Positions 9,067 to 17,140 of a stretch of DNA of 37,153 nt are shown here, piece after piece. Origin of the DNA: a virus (lineage: Duplodnaviria; Heunggongvirae; Uroviricota; Caudoviricetes); IMG/VR virus record IMGVR_UViG_3300021400_002728, positions 1 to 37,153 of that record. The stretch is one strand, 5' to 3'. The notes beneath the pieces were generated by a model that had not been told where the DNA came from, did no database searches, and saw only the letters and a list, made by a program, of their open reading frames with translations. The translations under genes and the position numbers were made by a program. How positions within the stretch are numbered: the stretch's first letter is position 1; the number at the start of each line of letters is the position of its first letter.

Positions 9067-9315
9067 TTATTCGTTAAATTTTATTCCAGCTTTTTGTAAT
9101 GATTTTCGGAATTTCTTAATTGTCTTTTTAGTAGGTCTAGCTGCATAAGATGTCTTACTAGGAGTAGTTTTCAACATATCCAAACATAATGACATCTGTT
9201 CACTAGATACTTCACCTACACAAGGAAAGTCAACTTTAGGTAAGCTATTTACATCATTTAACAATCTATGAAAAGACATTCCCTGACCAACAACACCAAT
9301 AATAGGTTCTGACAT
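9067..9315 (-). CDS. hypothetical protein (82 aa)
   Basis: ORF packed 1 nt from the upstream gene, with an AAGGAG RBS. Confidence 0.7.
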   Translation of the reverse strand: MSEPIIGVVGQGMSFHRLLNDVNSLPKVDFPCVGEVSSEQMSLCLDMLKTTPSKTSYAARPTKKTIKKFRKSLQKAGIKFNE

Positions 9316-9316
9316 G

Positions 9317-9628
9317 TTATTCTCCTTCTATCTTTTTAGCTGTATCGTAGTTCTGTCCATTTTTAATAACCTTTTTCATATAATAAATAATTTCATCTAT
9401 ATTAGATGCTCTTAGAACTGCTATACGATCTTTATTCAGACGTTCTGCACTAATCTGATGAGAATCATTTCTGGCCTTAACTAATGCAGTAATAACTAGT
9501 TGTTGCGCCTTGGTTAATTTTGCTTCTACAAATAATGTAGTATCTTTCTTTATTTCTTCTATTTGCGGAAGTAATTCAATAAAGAGTGATGTTACACTAT
9601 TATCAACTTGAGACAGATCTTTCTTCAT
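9317..9628 (-). CDS. hypothetical protein (103 aa)
   Basis: ORF with AAGGAGA RBS. Confidence 0.75.
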   Translation of the reverse strand: MKKDLSQVDNSVTSLFIELLPQIEEIKKDTTLFVEAKLTKAQQLVITALVKARNDSHQISAERLNKDRIAVLRASNIDEIIYYMKKVIKNGQNYDTAKKIEGE

Positions 9629-9656
9629 ATATTCGGTTCTCCTTAATCAATAAGTA

Positions 9657-10490
9657 TTACCTATTCTTATTATGTCCTGCACCAGCCTTTTTAGCTTGTT
9701 TACGATTTTCTTTAGATTCTTTTTTATTAGGAACATGAGGTCGTTTAGCTAATTCAGCTTTAATAACCTTTACATTCATATTATGCTTTACTGTACATGA
9801 ATGTGACATACAGCATTCACAATAGTCAGTATAAAAATGTTGTCCATGTAACAATTCTAAAAGTTGTTTAGTATGATATTTCTTAAGTGTTTCTGGATTG
9901 ATTAAAGAACTACAATCTGCTATGTCTTTGTCGCGAATAGTATCAAATACAATAGATACCGCAGATTTTATACTTTTTTCAGTATAGTCATTATGAATAG
10001 TAGTTCTAACATTAACAGTTGTGAAATCTGGACTAGCAGAATCTCTCTTATCAAGATATTCTCTACTAATTTGATCTCTATCTATTACTTTTTTAATTCT
10101 GGTCTCTTCATCAGAAGAAACAAGAATCTTATATTCACATAACCACCAAAAGTCTGTATGAGGAAGTAAGATCCAATCAAGCACTACTTTATTACTATAA
10201 AGAGTATTCAAAATTTCTTTCTTCATATAATCATAAATACAGTCAGAAAGAGCTTTCATCTCATCTCTATTAGAGAATACAATATCACCAAGTCTCTTTC
10301 TGTCTACATGTCCATATTCATCTTCGATGTCAGGATATTTAGATTTAATTGTGTTGATAATTTCTGGTTGAAGAAGCGCTTTATGACCAATCTGATCAAT
10401 ATCTACATATTGATAATTAAGTCTTTTAGCTAATGCTTTCGCGAAAGTTGATTTACCACTACCAGACTTTCCTGTTACGCCAATTATCAT
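9657..10490 (-). CDS. coaE: dephospho-CoA kinase-like P-loop kinase with C-terminal extension
   Basis: IIGVTGKSGSGKST, VDIDQIGH and VDRKRLGDIVFSN motifs typical of CoaE. The last about 90 aa (Cys/His cluster, basic tail) are not CoaE-like. Confidence 0.8.
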   Translation of the reverse strand: MIIGVTGKSGSGKSTFAKALAKRLNYQYVDIDQIGHKALLQPEIINTIKSKYPDIEDEYGHVDRKRLGDIVFSNRDEMKALSDCIYDYMKKEILNTLYSNKVVLDWILLPHTDFWWLCEYKILVSSDEETRIKKVIDRDQISREYLDKRDSASPDFTTVNVRTTIHNDYTEKSIKSAVSIVFDTIRDKDIADCSSLINPETLKKYHTKQLLELLHGQHFYTDYCECCMSHSCTVKHNMNVKVIKAELAKRPHVPNKKESKENRKQAKKAGAGHNKNR

Positions 10491-10493
10491 TTA

Positions 10494-10679
10494 CTACCTC
10501 GCAAGTGAAGAACAAATAAGGTATGTTATACCTGTCGATGCTGCGTATATAAGTAAGAATAATACGATCATCGAAATTATGAATTTCTTTTTTGAAGTCG
10601 TCTTTTCAGGCTGTTCTGACTTATCAGTATTGTAATAAACTTCCTTATCTTTGACTTCTTCGTTATAAATATTTTTCAT
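10494..10679 (-). CDS. small membrane protein (61 aa)
   Basis: C-terminal hydrophobic helix; AAGGA RBS. Confidence 0.65.
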   Translation of the reverse strand: MKNIYNEEVKDKEVYYNTDKSEQPEKTTSKKKFIISMIVLFLLIYAASTGITYLICSSLAR

Positions 10680-10690
10680 CTTATTTTCCT

Positions 10691-11533
10691 TTATCCAAGA
10701 AGAGTATTAAACTCTTCCTCTGTAATTACCTTAATACCAAGATCCTTAGCTTTCTTAGACTTACCAGAAGTAGAGGTCTTGTCGTTACAAATGAGATATG
10801 TAAGATTCTTATTAACTCCAGCGATCTTACCGCCATTAGCTTCAATAATCTTAATCATATCTTCTCTCTTCATAGAGAGTGAACCAGTGATACAGAAGCT
10901 CATGTTATCAAGCTTACCACCAACAACTCTCTGCTTAACTGTAATGTAGTTAAGTACATCATTGATCTCAGAATAATTGAATTCAGCGATTACCTTTGCG
11001 GTAGTAGCACCAATACCGTTAATTTTAGTAAAGTCATAGCCAGTATTGACTGCATTCATGAAATCATCCCAAGTTGTAAAGGTATCTGCTAAAATGTTAG
11101 CTGTCTGCTTCTCAACATTAGGAATACCTGCAGAAGCAATGATCTTCCAAAGTTCAAGAGAGGTAGGAATACCTTCAAGAATCTTATCTACAGATCCTTC
11201 ACCATAACCTTTCATATGAACCCATTCATCTATATGATCTTTGAGTTTGAAGATGTCACTCATCTTGGTCAACCAACCAACCTTAATAAGATCTCTTACA
11301 GTTGCAGTGGACATAGATTCAATATCAAGTCCATGCGCGCCAATGAAATGAAGAAGCTTACCTTCAATTTTAGCACCACAATCAGGATTTGTACACACTA
11401 AAACTTCAGTATTGTACTTCTTCTCAATTCTTGTAGCACCACCACATCTAGGACAGGTAGTAGGAATCTGAATTGTCTGCCCATAAGCAGCTTCGATCTT
11501 TTTATCATTAACTTTCTTTAAGAGTGTGTTCAT
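10691..11533 (-). CDS. ligA: NAD+-dependent DNA ligase, C-terminal half (Zn finger, HhH repeats, BRCT)
   Basis: CPRCG...VCTNPDC zinc finger, LDIESMS / GYGEGS / GIPNVE / GIGATTA HhH-like repeats, and a BRCT domain (FCITGSL..KRED..IEANGG...LTYLICN...SGKSKKAKDLGIKVITEEEF). It has its own promoter and GGAGG RBS. Confidence 0.9.
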   Translation of the reverse strand: MNTLLKKVNDKKIEAAYGQTIQIPTTCPRCGGATRIEKKYNTEVLVCTNPDCGAKIEGKLLHFIGAHGLDIESMSTATVRDLIKVGWLTKMSDIFKLKDHIDEWVHMKGYGEGSVDKILEGIPTSLELWKIIASAGIPNVEKQTANILADTFTTWDDFMNAVNTGYDFTKINGIGATTAKVIAEFNYSEINDVLNYITVKQRVVGGKLDNMSFCITGSLSMKREDMIKIIEANGGKIAGVNKNLTYLICNDKTSTSGKSKKAKDLGIKVITEEEFNTLLG

Positions 11534-11565
11534 TGGTTGACCTCCATACTTTAATTTATGTAATA

Positions 11566-11600
11566 ATTATAACACAAGTTTATCTATTTGTAAATAGTTT
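11566..11600 (-). promoter_or_regulatory. phage early promoter, copy 5 (drives the ligase C-half)
   Basis: AAACTA-TTTACA-N17-TATAAT with TG extension. Confidence 0.85.
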
Positions 11601-12122
11601 TTAGACATACTTTTTAATTGCATATATATTAGTTGGAAGATATACTACATAAAGTTCATCATCAATATTAGTATTTTCATACAATTCTATTGACTCAGCT
11701 TGAGCTTTAACATTATCAAAACATATAATAGGTATTTTACTACGACGCACACCTACTCTACTACCGCTGTCGTCAATGTCTATATACTTGTTAGTGACAT
11801 AACCAACTCTATATTTGAATTTAAGTTTTCTAACTGATTCAATTTCTTCTACACATTTTCTATGCTGTTTTAATCCAAGATATACGAAAAGAATAACTAA
11901 TACTGTCATTATAGCCATTCCTACACAGTTAGATATTACATTATCACCTTGTAATACCCATTTAATACAACCAATATCTATAAGACAAAATATACCAGCC
12001 ATACAGAAAAAGAAGAATAATAGTAAATATCTCCACTTTGATCTATCTGCAAAGTCTTGAATTGTTTTCATTGCTTGATCATCAAATAATTCTATACCAT
12101 CATGTAAATCATTAATTTCCAT
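11601..12122 (-). CDS. two-TM membrane protein (173 aa)
   Basis: Two hydrophobic segments (YLLLFFFFCMAGIFCLI; VGMAIMTVLVILFVYLGL); GAGGA RBS. Confidence 0.8.
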   Translation of the reverse strand: MEINDLHDGIELFDDQAMKTIQDFADRSKWRYLLLFFFFCMAGIFCLIDIGCIKWVLQGDNVISNCVGMAIMTVLVILFVYLGLKQHRKCVEEIESVRKLKFKYRVGYVTNKYIDIDDSGSRVGVRRSKIPIICFDNVKAQAESIELYENTNIDDELYVVYLPTNIYAIKKYV

Positions 12123-12132
12123 ATGTTTATCC

Positions 12133-13215
12133 TCATTCTATAAGTTTTCCGTCTGAACCATATAAGACTATATCATTCTGGAATACCACCTCATCATCAG
12201 CAACGTCATTAATTATATATGGTACTTCTACAACATATGTATCTGATTTCATTGCACCAGTATGAATTGATGCCATACCATATAACTCTAAATTAGATAA
12301 ATCTCCAACATATTCAGCAGTAAAGTTTTTATAATCTAACGTATTATCTGATCCATCTATAGTATAAAATACATATGAAATATTACCACTAGCAGTATTA
12401 GTTTCAGAGTTTGTACCAAATGACGTTACAACTGTCCATAATTTATAATCAACTCCATCTACAACTACATCTTTAGCATTTTCGCGTTCAAAATCATCAT
12501 TAGCCCAGTCTATACCTAGATAATTTTTTGTAGCATCCGCTAATTTACTAGATCCATCTATAATAATAGATCCATCTTTAACACCTTCAAGTTCTTCTTC
12601 TGATGAAACAAAACCACTCATTCCTAGTAACATTTCTATATACATATCACGCATTTCATCATCTATAATTACTTTATTGTTTTCATCTAATTTAAGTTGA
12701 TCTAAACCCACGTATATAGTATCATCACCATTGCCTTCTGCCGCCGATATAGCTTTATCTACAAATTCCTGTATGTCGTGTGTAAAATATAAATCTACAT
12801 TCTGTTTAAATATTTCAGGATCAGTGCTCTCAAGTGAGGCAAACATTTCTTCATAGTTATTGGCGTGTAATGAAGCATATTTAAGAATTAAATATACATT
12901 ATTTAATGCATATGAACCATATTTATATTCCTCAAATCCAGTAGGTGCAACTAATGTTCCAATAAATGAATAAGGATCTTTTTCTTCTTCAACTGGCTTT
13001 TCTTCTTCAACAGGTTCCTCAATAGACTCTTCAGTCTCTTTAGTCTCTTCTTCTGATTCAGTTTCCTCAGGACCATTATATGCATATTTATGTTCTATAC
13101 TAACTTCTGGTTCAGGTTCTTCAGTAACAGGATTTACAAAATCATCGAGTGAAGTACAACCAGTTAGAGTAACAATTAATAGGCTGCATATAACAACTAA
13201 AAATCGTTTTTTCAT
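12133..13215 (-). CDS. acidic lipoprotein (about 360 aa)
   Basis: MKKRFLVVICSLLIVTLTGC signal peptide with an LTGC lipobox, then a Glu/Pro-rich linker. The ATG at 13215 follows GAAGGAGA and overlaps the upstream TGA. Confidence 0.82.
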   Translation of the reverse strand: MKKRFLVVICSLLIVTLTGCTSLDDFVNPVTEEPEPEVSIEHKYAYNGPEETESEEETKETEESIEEPVEEEKPVEEEKDPYSFIGTLVAPTGFEEYKYGSYALNNVYLILKYASLHANNYEEMFASLESTDPEIFKQNVDLYFTHDIQEFVDKAISAAEGNGDDTIYVGLDQLKLDENNKVIIDDEMRDMYIEMLLGMSGFVSSEEELEGVKDGSIIIDGSSKLADATKNYLGIDWANDDFERENAKDVVVDGVDYKLWTVVTSFGTNSETNTASGNISYVFYTIDGSDNTLDYKNFTAEYVGDLSNLELYGMASIHTGAMKSDTYVVEVPYIINDVADDEVVFQNDIVLYGSDGKLIE

Positions 13216-13817
13216 GTTTTCTCCTTCCCACATTTTATAGTCATATTTTTATCTATTTTATGAGTTATATAATAATCAATAATTTGTTTAGGAAAACCTT
13301 TGTTAGTAGAAAAGATCAATTCATATGTTTGAGCTCTACTATAACCTAACTCTTTCATATCTGCTGCAATACGTTTAAGTACTTCAATATAGAGAGGAAA
13401 TCTTTCTTCAACATTAGCAGAAACAATTTTATTCCAGTCTTCCTTTGTAGATTGTTCTATATAATTATCGTTTAGTTTGGTTATTAGTAATTTAGGACCA
13501 CCTTTAAAATAACCAAATAAATCGTCATTTTCATTATTAAGTTTTGCAATTTTAGCATGCAAGATTAAGTGTTCAATACGATTACAGTACACTAATCTAT
13601 CAGCTTTTTGATATTCAGGGTACTGTTTTTCAGCGCTCCTATTACTAAGTCCTGCAATTTTGTCTTCATCAATATGATGACATTCAAGACCTTCTTTAGT
13701 TCTAGACGCTAAGATCCGACCGTTAACAAAATAATCACTAGTGGCCGGGCCATACTTCTTTAATAGTACCTGAACATATTCGTTATAAGACATATTCCAA
13801 ACTTTGTTCAGTAACAT
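13212..13817 (-). CDS. HNH endonuclease-like protein
   Basis: GLECHHIDEDK...LVYCNRIEHLILH matches the HH...N..H pattern of HNH homing-type nucleases. Confidence 0.7.
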   Translation of the reverse strand: MLLNKVWNMSYNEYVQVLLKKYGPATSDYFVNGRILASRTKEGLECHHIDEDKIAGLSNRSAEKQYPEYQKADRLVYCNRIEHLILHAKIAKLNNENDDLFGYFKGGPKLLITKLNDNYIEQSTKEDWNKIVSANVEERFPLYIEVLKRIAADMKELGYSRAQTYELIFSTNKGFPKQIIDYYITHKIDKNMTIKCGKEKT

Positions 13818-13845
13818 ATTATTTTATTCCTTTATATCTTTCTAT

Positions 13846-13880
13846 AAAATAAAGGCGATAGCCTATATGGCCACCGCCTA
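13846..13880 (-). terminator. intrinsic terminator
   Basis: AGGCGGTGGCC-ATATA-GGCTATCGCCT followed by TTTATTTT. Confidence 0.8.
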
Positions 13881-13910
13881 TATTATTAAATAGCTTAAAT
13901 TGTTAAATTT

Positions 13911-14168
13911 TTAGATCTCGTTCTTCGGTGAAATCATGAAGTGTAACTTTCTGAATTTAACTATGTTTCTCTTTGTCAGAGCCTTACCGATCAGAACGTT
14001 TGCAACTACATTAACAGTAATAAGTGTACCGAACAGAATCACAAAGCTTGTCATACCAGTAAGATTTGCTACTGTGATGAAAACGATATATGATACCACA
14101 GCTACGATATTGGCAACTGATAACAGGTTAAACAGTACCTTACAAAATGTATTAAAATTTCTCTTCAT
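13911..14168 (-). CDS. two-TM membrane protein (85 aa)
   Basis: Two hydrophobic helices; AAGGAGGT RBS; single-gene unit behind the promoter at 14207-14241. Confidence 0.8.
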   Translation of the reverse strand: MKRNFNTFCKVLFNLLSVANIVAVVSYIVFITVANLTGMTSFVILFGTLITVNVVANVLIGKALTKRNIVKFRKLHFMISPKNEI

Positions 14169-14206
14169 AATTTTAATTACCTCCTTAGTAATTATTTTAT
14201 GAGATA

Positions 14207-14241
14207 ATTATATCATGAATTTTATAAGGTGTAAATAATTT
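14207..14241 (-). promoter_or_regulatory. phage early promoter, copy 6 (variant)
   Basis: AAATTA-TTTACA-N17-TATAAT with TGA extension. Confidence 0.8.
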
Positions 14242-14265
14242 TTTCAAAAATATTTTGAAAATTTG

Positions 14266-15909
14266 TTAAATTTTACTAATAATATCAAATACTGGATATG
14301 AGAAGTCTGTCTTCTTATATTTGAAATACTCCTCATCATTAGGTGCAAATAACCACCATCCACATTCTACATGAGCGCTAGTATCAGTTAAATCTATAAC
14401 CTGATATTCAAAATCTGAATTAGCTTCATACATCGAATATAAAGTTTCATTATACTGATCTACATAATGCTCGTATGACTGGACAACATAAACTTCTTCT
14501 AATGATGTTTCAGATGTAAAGTCTAAATCATATCCATCAATCAATACCGCTTTCTTAAAGTCTCCAACATTTAGATACTTATGAAAATCCCACGCGCCTA
14601 AACTAACTCCGCAATAATATAAGTCAGTATGTGGAAGTGAATCGACGACCTCTTTTACATAAGAGGACTTGATCTTACCATTATATCCATCTCTATAGAA
14701 GAACACTATTGTGCAGTCAGGCTCAATAGAACCATCTTGGATGTATTGGTAAAGTCCAGTTGTGTTGTAACTTCCATCAATTCCACCACCCATACCTGGA
14801 ATAAAGATCATAAGTGGTTTATTTGCAGGATCTTCAGGTACATAAACTCTATAGTTCTTATATGTATGGTTGAAAGCTTGTGATAAATAGTAGTATGCGG
14901 TAGATTCCTTAACTGAAGCTATGTCATGAATCTGGAATGTACATCCACCAGTTTTTCCTAAGATTCTACTATATCCATCATTATCCTGAAAATGCCACCA
15001 TTCAGATGCCAGACCGGTCATACCAGATTCAGTAAATATAAGATCTAGATTTATAGCATCTTCTGTCATAGTAGATACAAATTCACCACTACTTCCTGAA
15101 GTATACTTACATGACAATGTGCTTAACTCATGCATAGGACTCTGCATAGCTATTTCTTCTCTAGTCTCAATGTCAACCAAAGTTACGTCTAGTGCAGCTC
15201 CAGTATTATGAGTAGATGTTCCTTGTGCTAAGAACCAACCTTGTCCCCAACCATAAGATTTTCCATTATCAACTAAAGTATTGATATTTTGTTTAACTTC
15301 TGCATTTATATTATATAGAGCACCTAATTTCTCAGCAGCAAGAGTAGTTACTGATTTAGGTCTATATGAATCACAAATCATCAAAGAATAGTTAAAGCTA
15401 TGTGCGATATACTGAGCTTTAGCAACTTTCTTAGATGTACTATATAGCATTGGTACAGCAAATTCTTCATATCCAAGTCTGGAATTATAAACCTTACCTA
15501 AGTCATAAAGCTGTTCACCAGTTAGTTCTGGGATATCCTGTAATGACGACCGGTAAATCGAACTATATGCATTAGTAATATTATATTCAATTGATGGAAT
15601 GACATCTGGGAGATTTATGAAACACCATTTATGTTCTATAAATCCAACATCTTGTCCATATTGAACGCACCAATAATTACCAACTTTGCTTAAAATACAG
15701 AATGCATTTCCGGCTGAAACAGTAAAGATAGTTTTAGAATTAGCATTAGGTTGCTCTTTTGCTAACTGATCACAAGTTGACCAACCAGTTGCACCAATTA
15801 TGCTTTTCTCAAAATAATTCTCAGATTCTTCTGCATATACCTTTACACTAAAAATACCTACTACAATTAACATAATAATTATAGCAGGTATGATTTTTCT
15901 AAGTTTCAT
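14266..15909 (-). CDS. secreted VanX/M15D-type D-Ala-D-Ala peptidase fused to a C-terminal alpha/beta hydrolase
   Basis: Signal peptide ending VKVYA; SH3-like N-terminal segment; DSYRP, STHNTGAALD and EWWHF zinc-peptidase motifs; C-terminal IFIPGMGG and GVSLG (G-x-S-x-G). Confidence 0.8.
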   Translation of the reverse strand: MKLRKIIPAIIIMLIVVGIFSVKVYAEESENYFEKSIIGATGWSTCDQLAKEQPNANSKTIFTVSAGNAFCILSKVGNYWCVQYGQDVGFIEHKWCFINLPDVIPSIEYNITNAYSSIYRSSLQDIPELTGEQLYDLGKVYNSRLGYEEFAVPMLYSTSKKVAKAQYIAHSFNYSLMICDSYRPKSVTTLAAEKLGALYNINAEVKQNINTLVDNGKSYGWGQGWFLAQGTSTHNTGAALDVTLVDIETREEIAMQSPMHELSTLSCKYTSGSSGEFVSTMTEDAINLDLIFTESGMTGLASEWWHFQDNDGYSRILGKTGGCTFQIHDIASVKESTAYYYLSQAFNHTYKNYRVYVPEDPANKPLMIFIPGMGGGIDGSYNTTGLYQYIQDGSIEPDCTIVFFYRDGYNGKIKSSYVKEVVDSLPHTDLYYCGVSLGAWDFHKYLNVGDFKKAVLIDGYDLDFTSETSLEEVYVVQSYEHYVDQYNETLYSMYEANSDFEYQVIDLTDTSAHVECGWWLFAPNDEEYFKYKKTDFSYPVFDIISKI

Positions 15910-15935
15910 AATTTCCTCACTATGTCTGACTTGTA

Positions 15936-16424
15936 TTACGATTCACTCTCGTAATGATGCCTACGCAAAAACTTGACTATGTCATCAAGCATTTCATCTG
16001 CCTTTTCGATATCAGGTTTTGTAACATACAGTTCCTTATATCTACCTAAAGCAGACCATCTACATAACATAACTGAATAGCCAGTTTGTAGATCACTTAA
16101 AGTACCAGAAATTTCTCTTAATTCTGGATTTTTCTCTGATAAAGACTCTAGAAGCTTAGCATTGTTAGCTACAAAATGTCCTTCTCTAAAGTTTTCATAG
16201 TAGTATTTAATTAGACCTTTTAATGCAAGTTCAATAGCTTGTGCCAACATATAGCACGCCCAGTTAGTATCTGCTGCTTCAGCTTTATTACAATAAATAG
16301 AGTCTAATAGAGGCTCGGTTATATTCCGAGCCTTTATCGCATTTTGTATTAACATTCTACCTTCGTTTCGTAAGTCTTCATCACTTCTTTTAGGCGGACT
16401 GCCTTTGTGATGCGGCTTACCCAT
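15936..16424 (-). CDS. HEPN-domain protein (MNT-associated type)
   Basis: ACYMLAQAIELALKGLI...GH...RY pattern; overlaps the upstream MNT-like gene by 8 nt. Confidence 0.75.
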   Translation of the reverse strand: MGKPHHKGSPPKRSDEDLRNEGRMLIQNAIKARNITEPLLDSIYCNKAEAADTNWACYMLAQAIELALKGLIKYYYENFREGHFVANNAKLLESLSEKNPELREISGTLSDLQTGYSVMLCRWSALGRYKELYVTKPDIEKADEMLDDIVKFLRRHHYESES

Positions 16425-16728
16425 AGATAATGTCTCCTTTGCTAACTAGATCCATAATGTTGCTAGAGTTATTATTGCTGTTCAAAATAACAAGATCAAA
16501 TTTACCGTCAGTAATATCATCTACCTTACAGAAAAGATCAAGCAAAGCATTATCATCATCAGCTTCTTTCTGATTAGTCATTTGAATTGCGACTTCGAGA
16601 TAATCACTTTCTTTACACTCTTCTGTGATGCTTTTACCGAATACGATCATTTTGTTATATCGATCAGGATTCTCTTCGACATATTTCTTAATTGCATCAA
16701 CTTGTGATTGCTTAATAGGATTAACCAT
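16417..16728 (-). CDS. minimal nucleotidyltransferase (MNT)-like protein with a degenerate motif
   Basis: 103 aa; MIVFGKSITEECKESDYLEVAI resembles FGS....C...SDxD; FDLV near the C-terminus; paired with the HEPN gene. Confidence 0.65.
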   Translation of the reverse strand: MVNPIKQSQVDAIKKYVEENPDRYNKMIVFGKSITEECKESDYLEVAIQMTNQKEADDDNALLDLFCKVDDITDGKFDLVILNSNNNSSNIMDLVSKGDIIYG

Positions 16729-16731
16729 ACA

Positions 16732-16911
16732 TTACTCCTTATCTTTAGCCTCGATGTCAATTTCAATCACCTGACCATCTGTATAACCAAGTTCTTTAAG
16801 ACCTTCTTTCTGTACATAGATAGGTCCAATTAAGACTTTACCATCTTCAGGAACTTCCTGAAATCTGACAGTGTTTTTAGTTTCTTTTTCAAATTCGAAT
16901 GTTCTTTTCAT
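16732..16911 (-). CDS. small protein not in the ORF track (59 aa)
   Basis: MKRTFEFEKETKNTVRFQEVPEDGKVLIGPIYVQKEGLKELGYTDGQVIEIDIEAKDKE*; GGAGA RBS; fills the gap between its neighbours exactly. Confidence 0.8.
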   Translation of the reverse strand: MKRTFEFEKETKNTVRFQEVPEDGKVLIGPIYVQKEGLKELGYTDGQVIEIDIEAKDKE

Positions 16912-16919
16912 AGTGTCTC

Positions 16920-17105
16920 CTATTCTGATCTAAAATGCTTAAGATTCATTTGACCTATTCTCGTACCGTCCATAGAATAAGTAGTGACATACCATTCACC
17001 TTCTAAATCTCCCCAAGCAGTACTTAGATCAATCTTATATTTTGTGCCAATTTTAATTGCATCTGGCATAGATTCACGAATACTAATACAAATTACTGTT
17101 TGCAT
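16920..17105 (-). CDS. hypothetical protein (61 aa)
   Basis: ORF with AAGGAGA RBS. Confidence 0.7.
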   Translation of the reverse strand: MQTVICISIRESMPDAIKIGTKYKIDLSTAWGDLEGEWYVTTYSMDGTRIGQMNLKHFRSE

Positions 17106-17140
17106 AATTGAGTCTCCTTCTATAATTTGTAGTATCTTAT

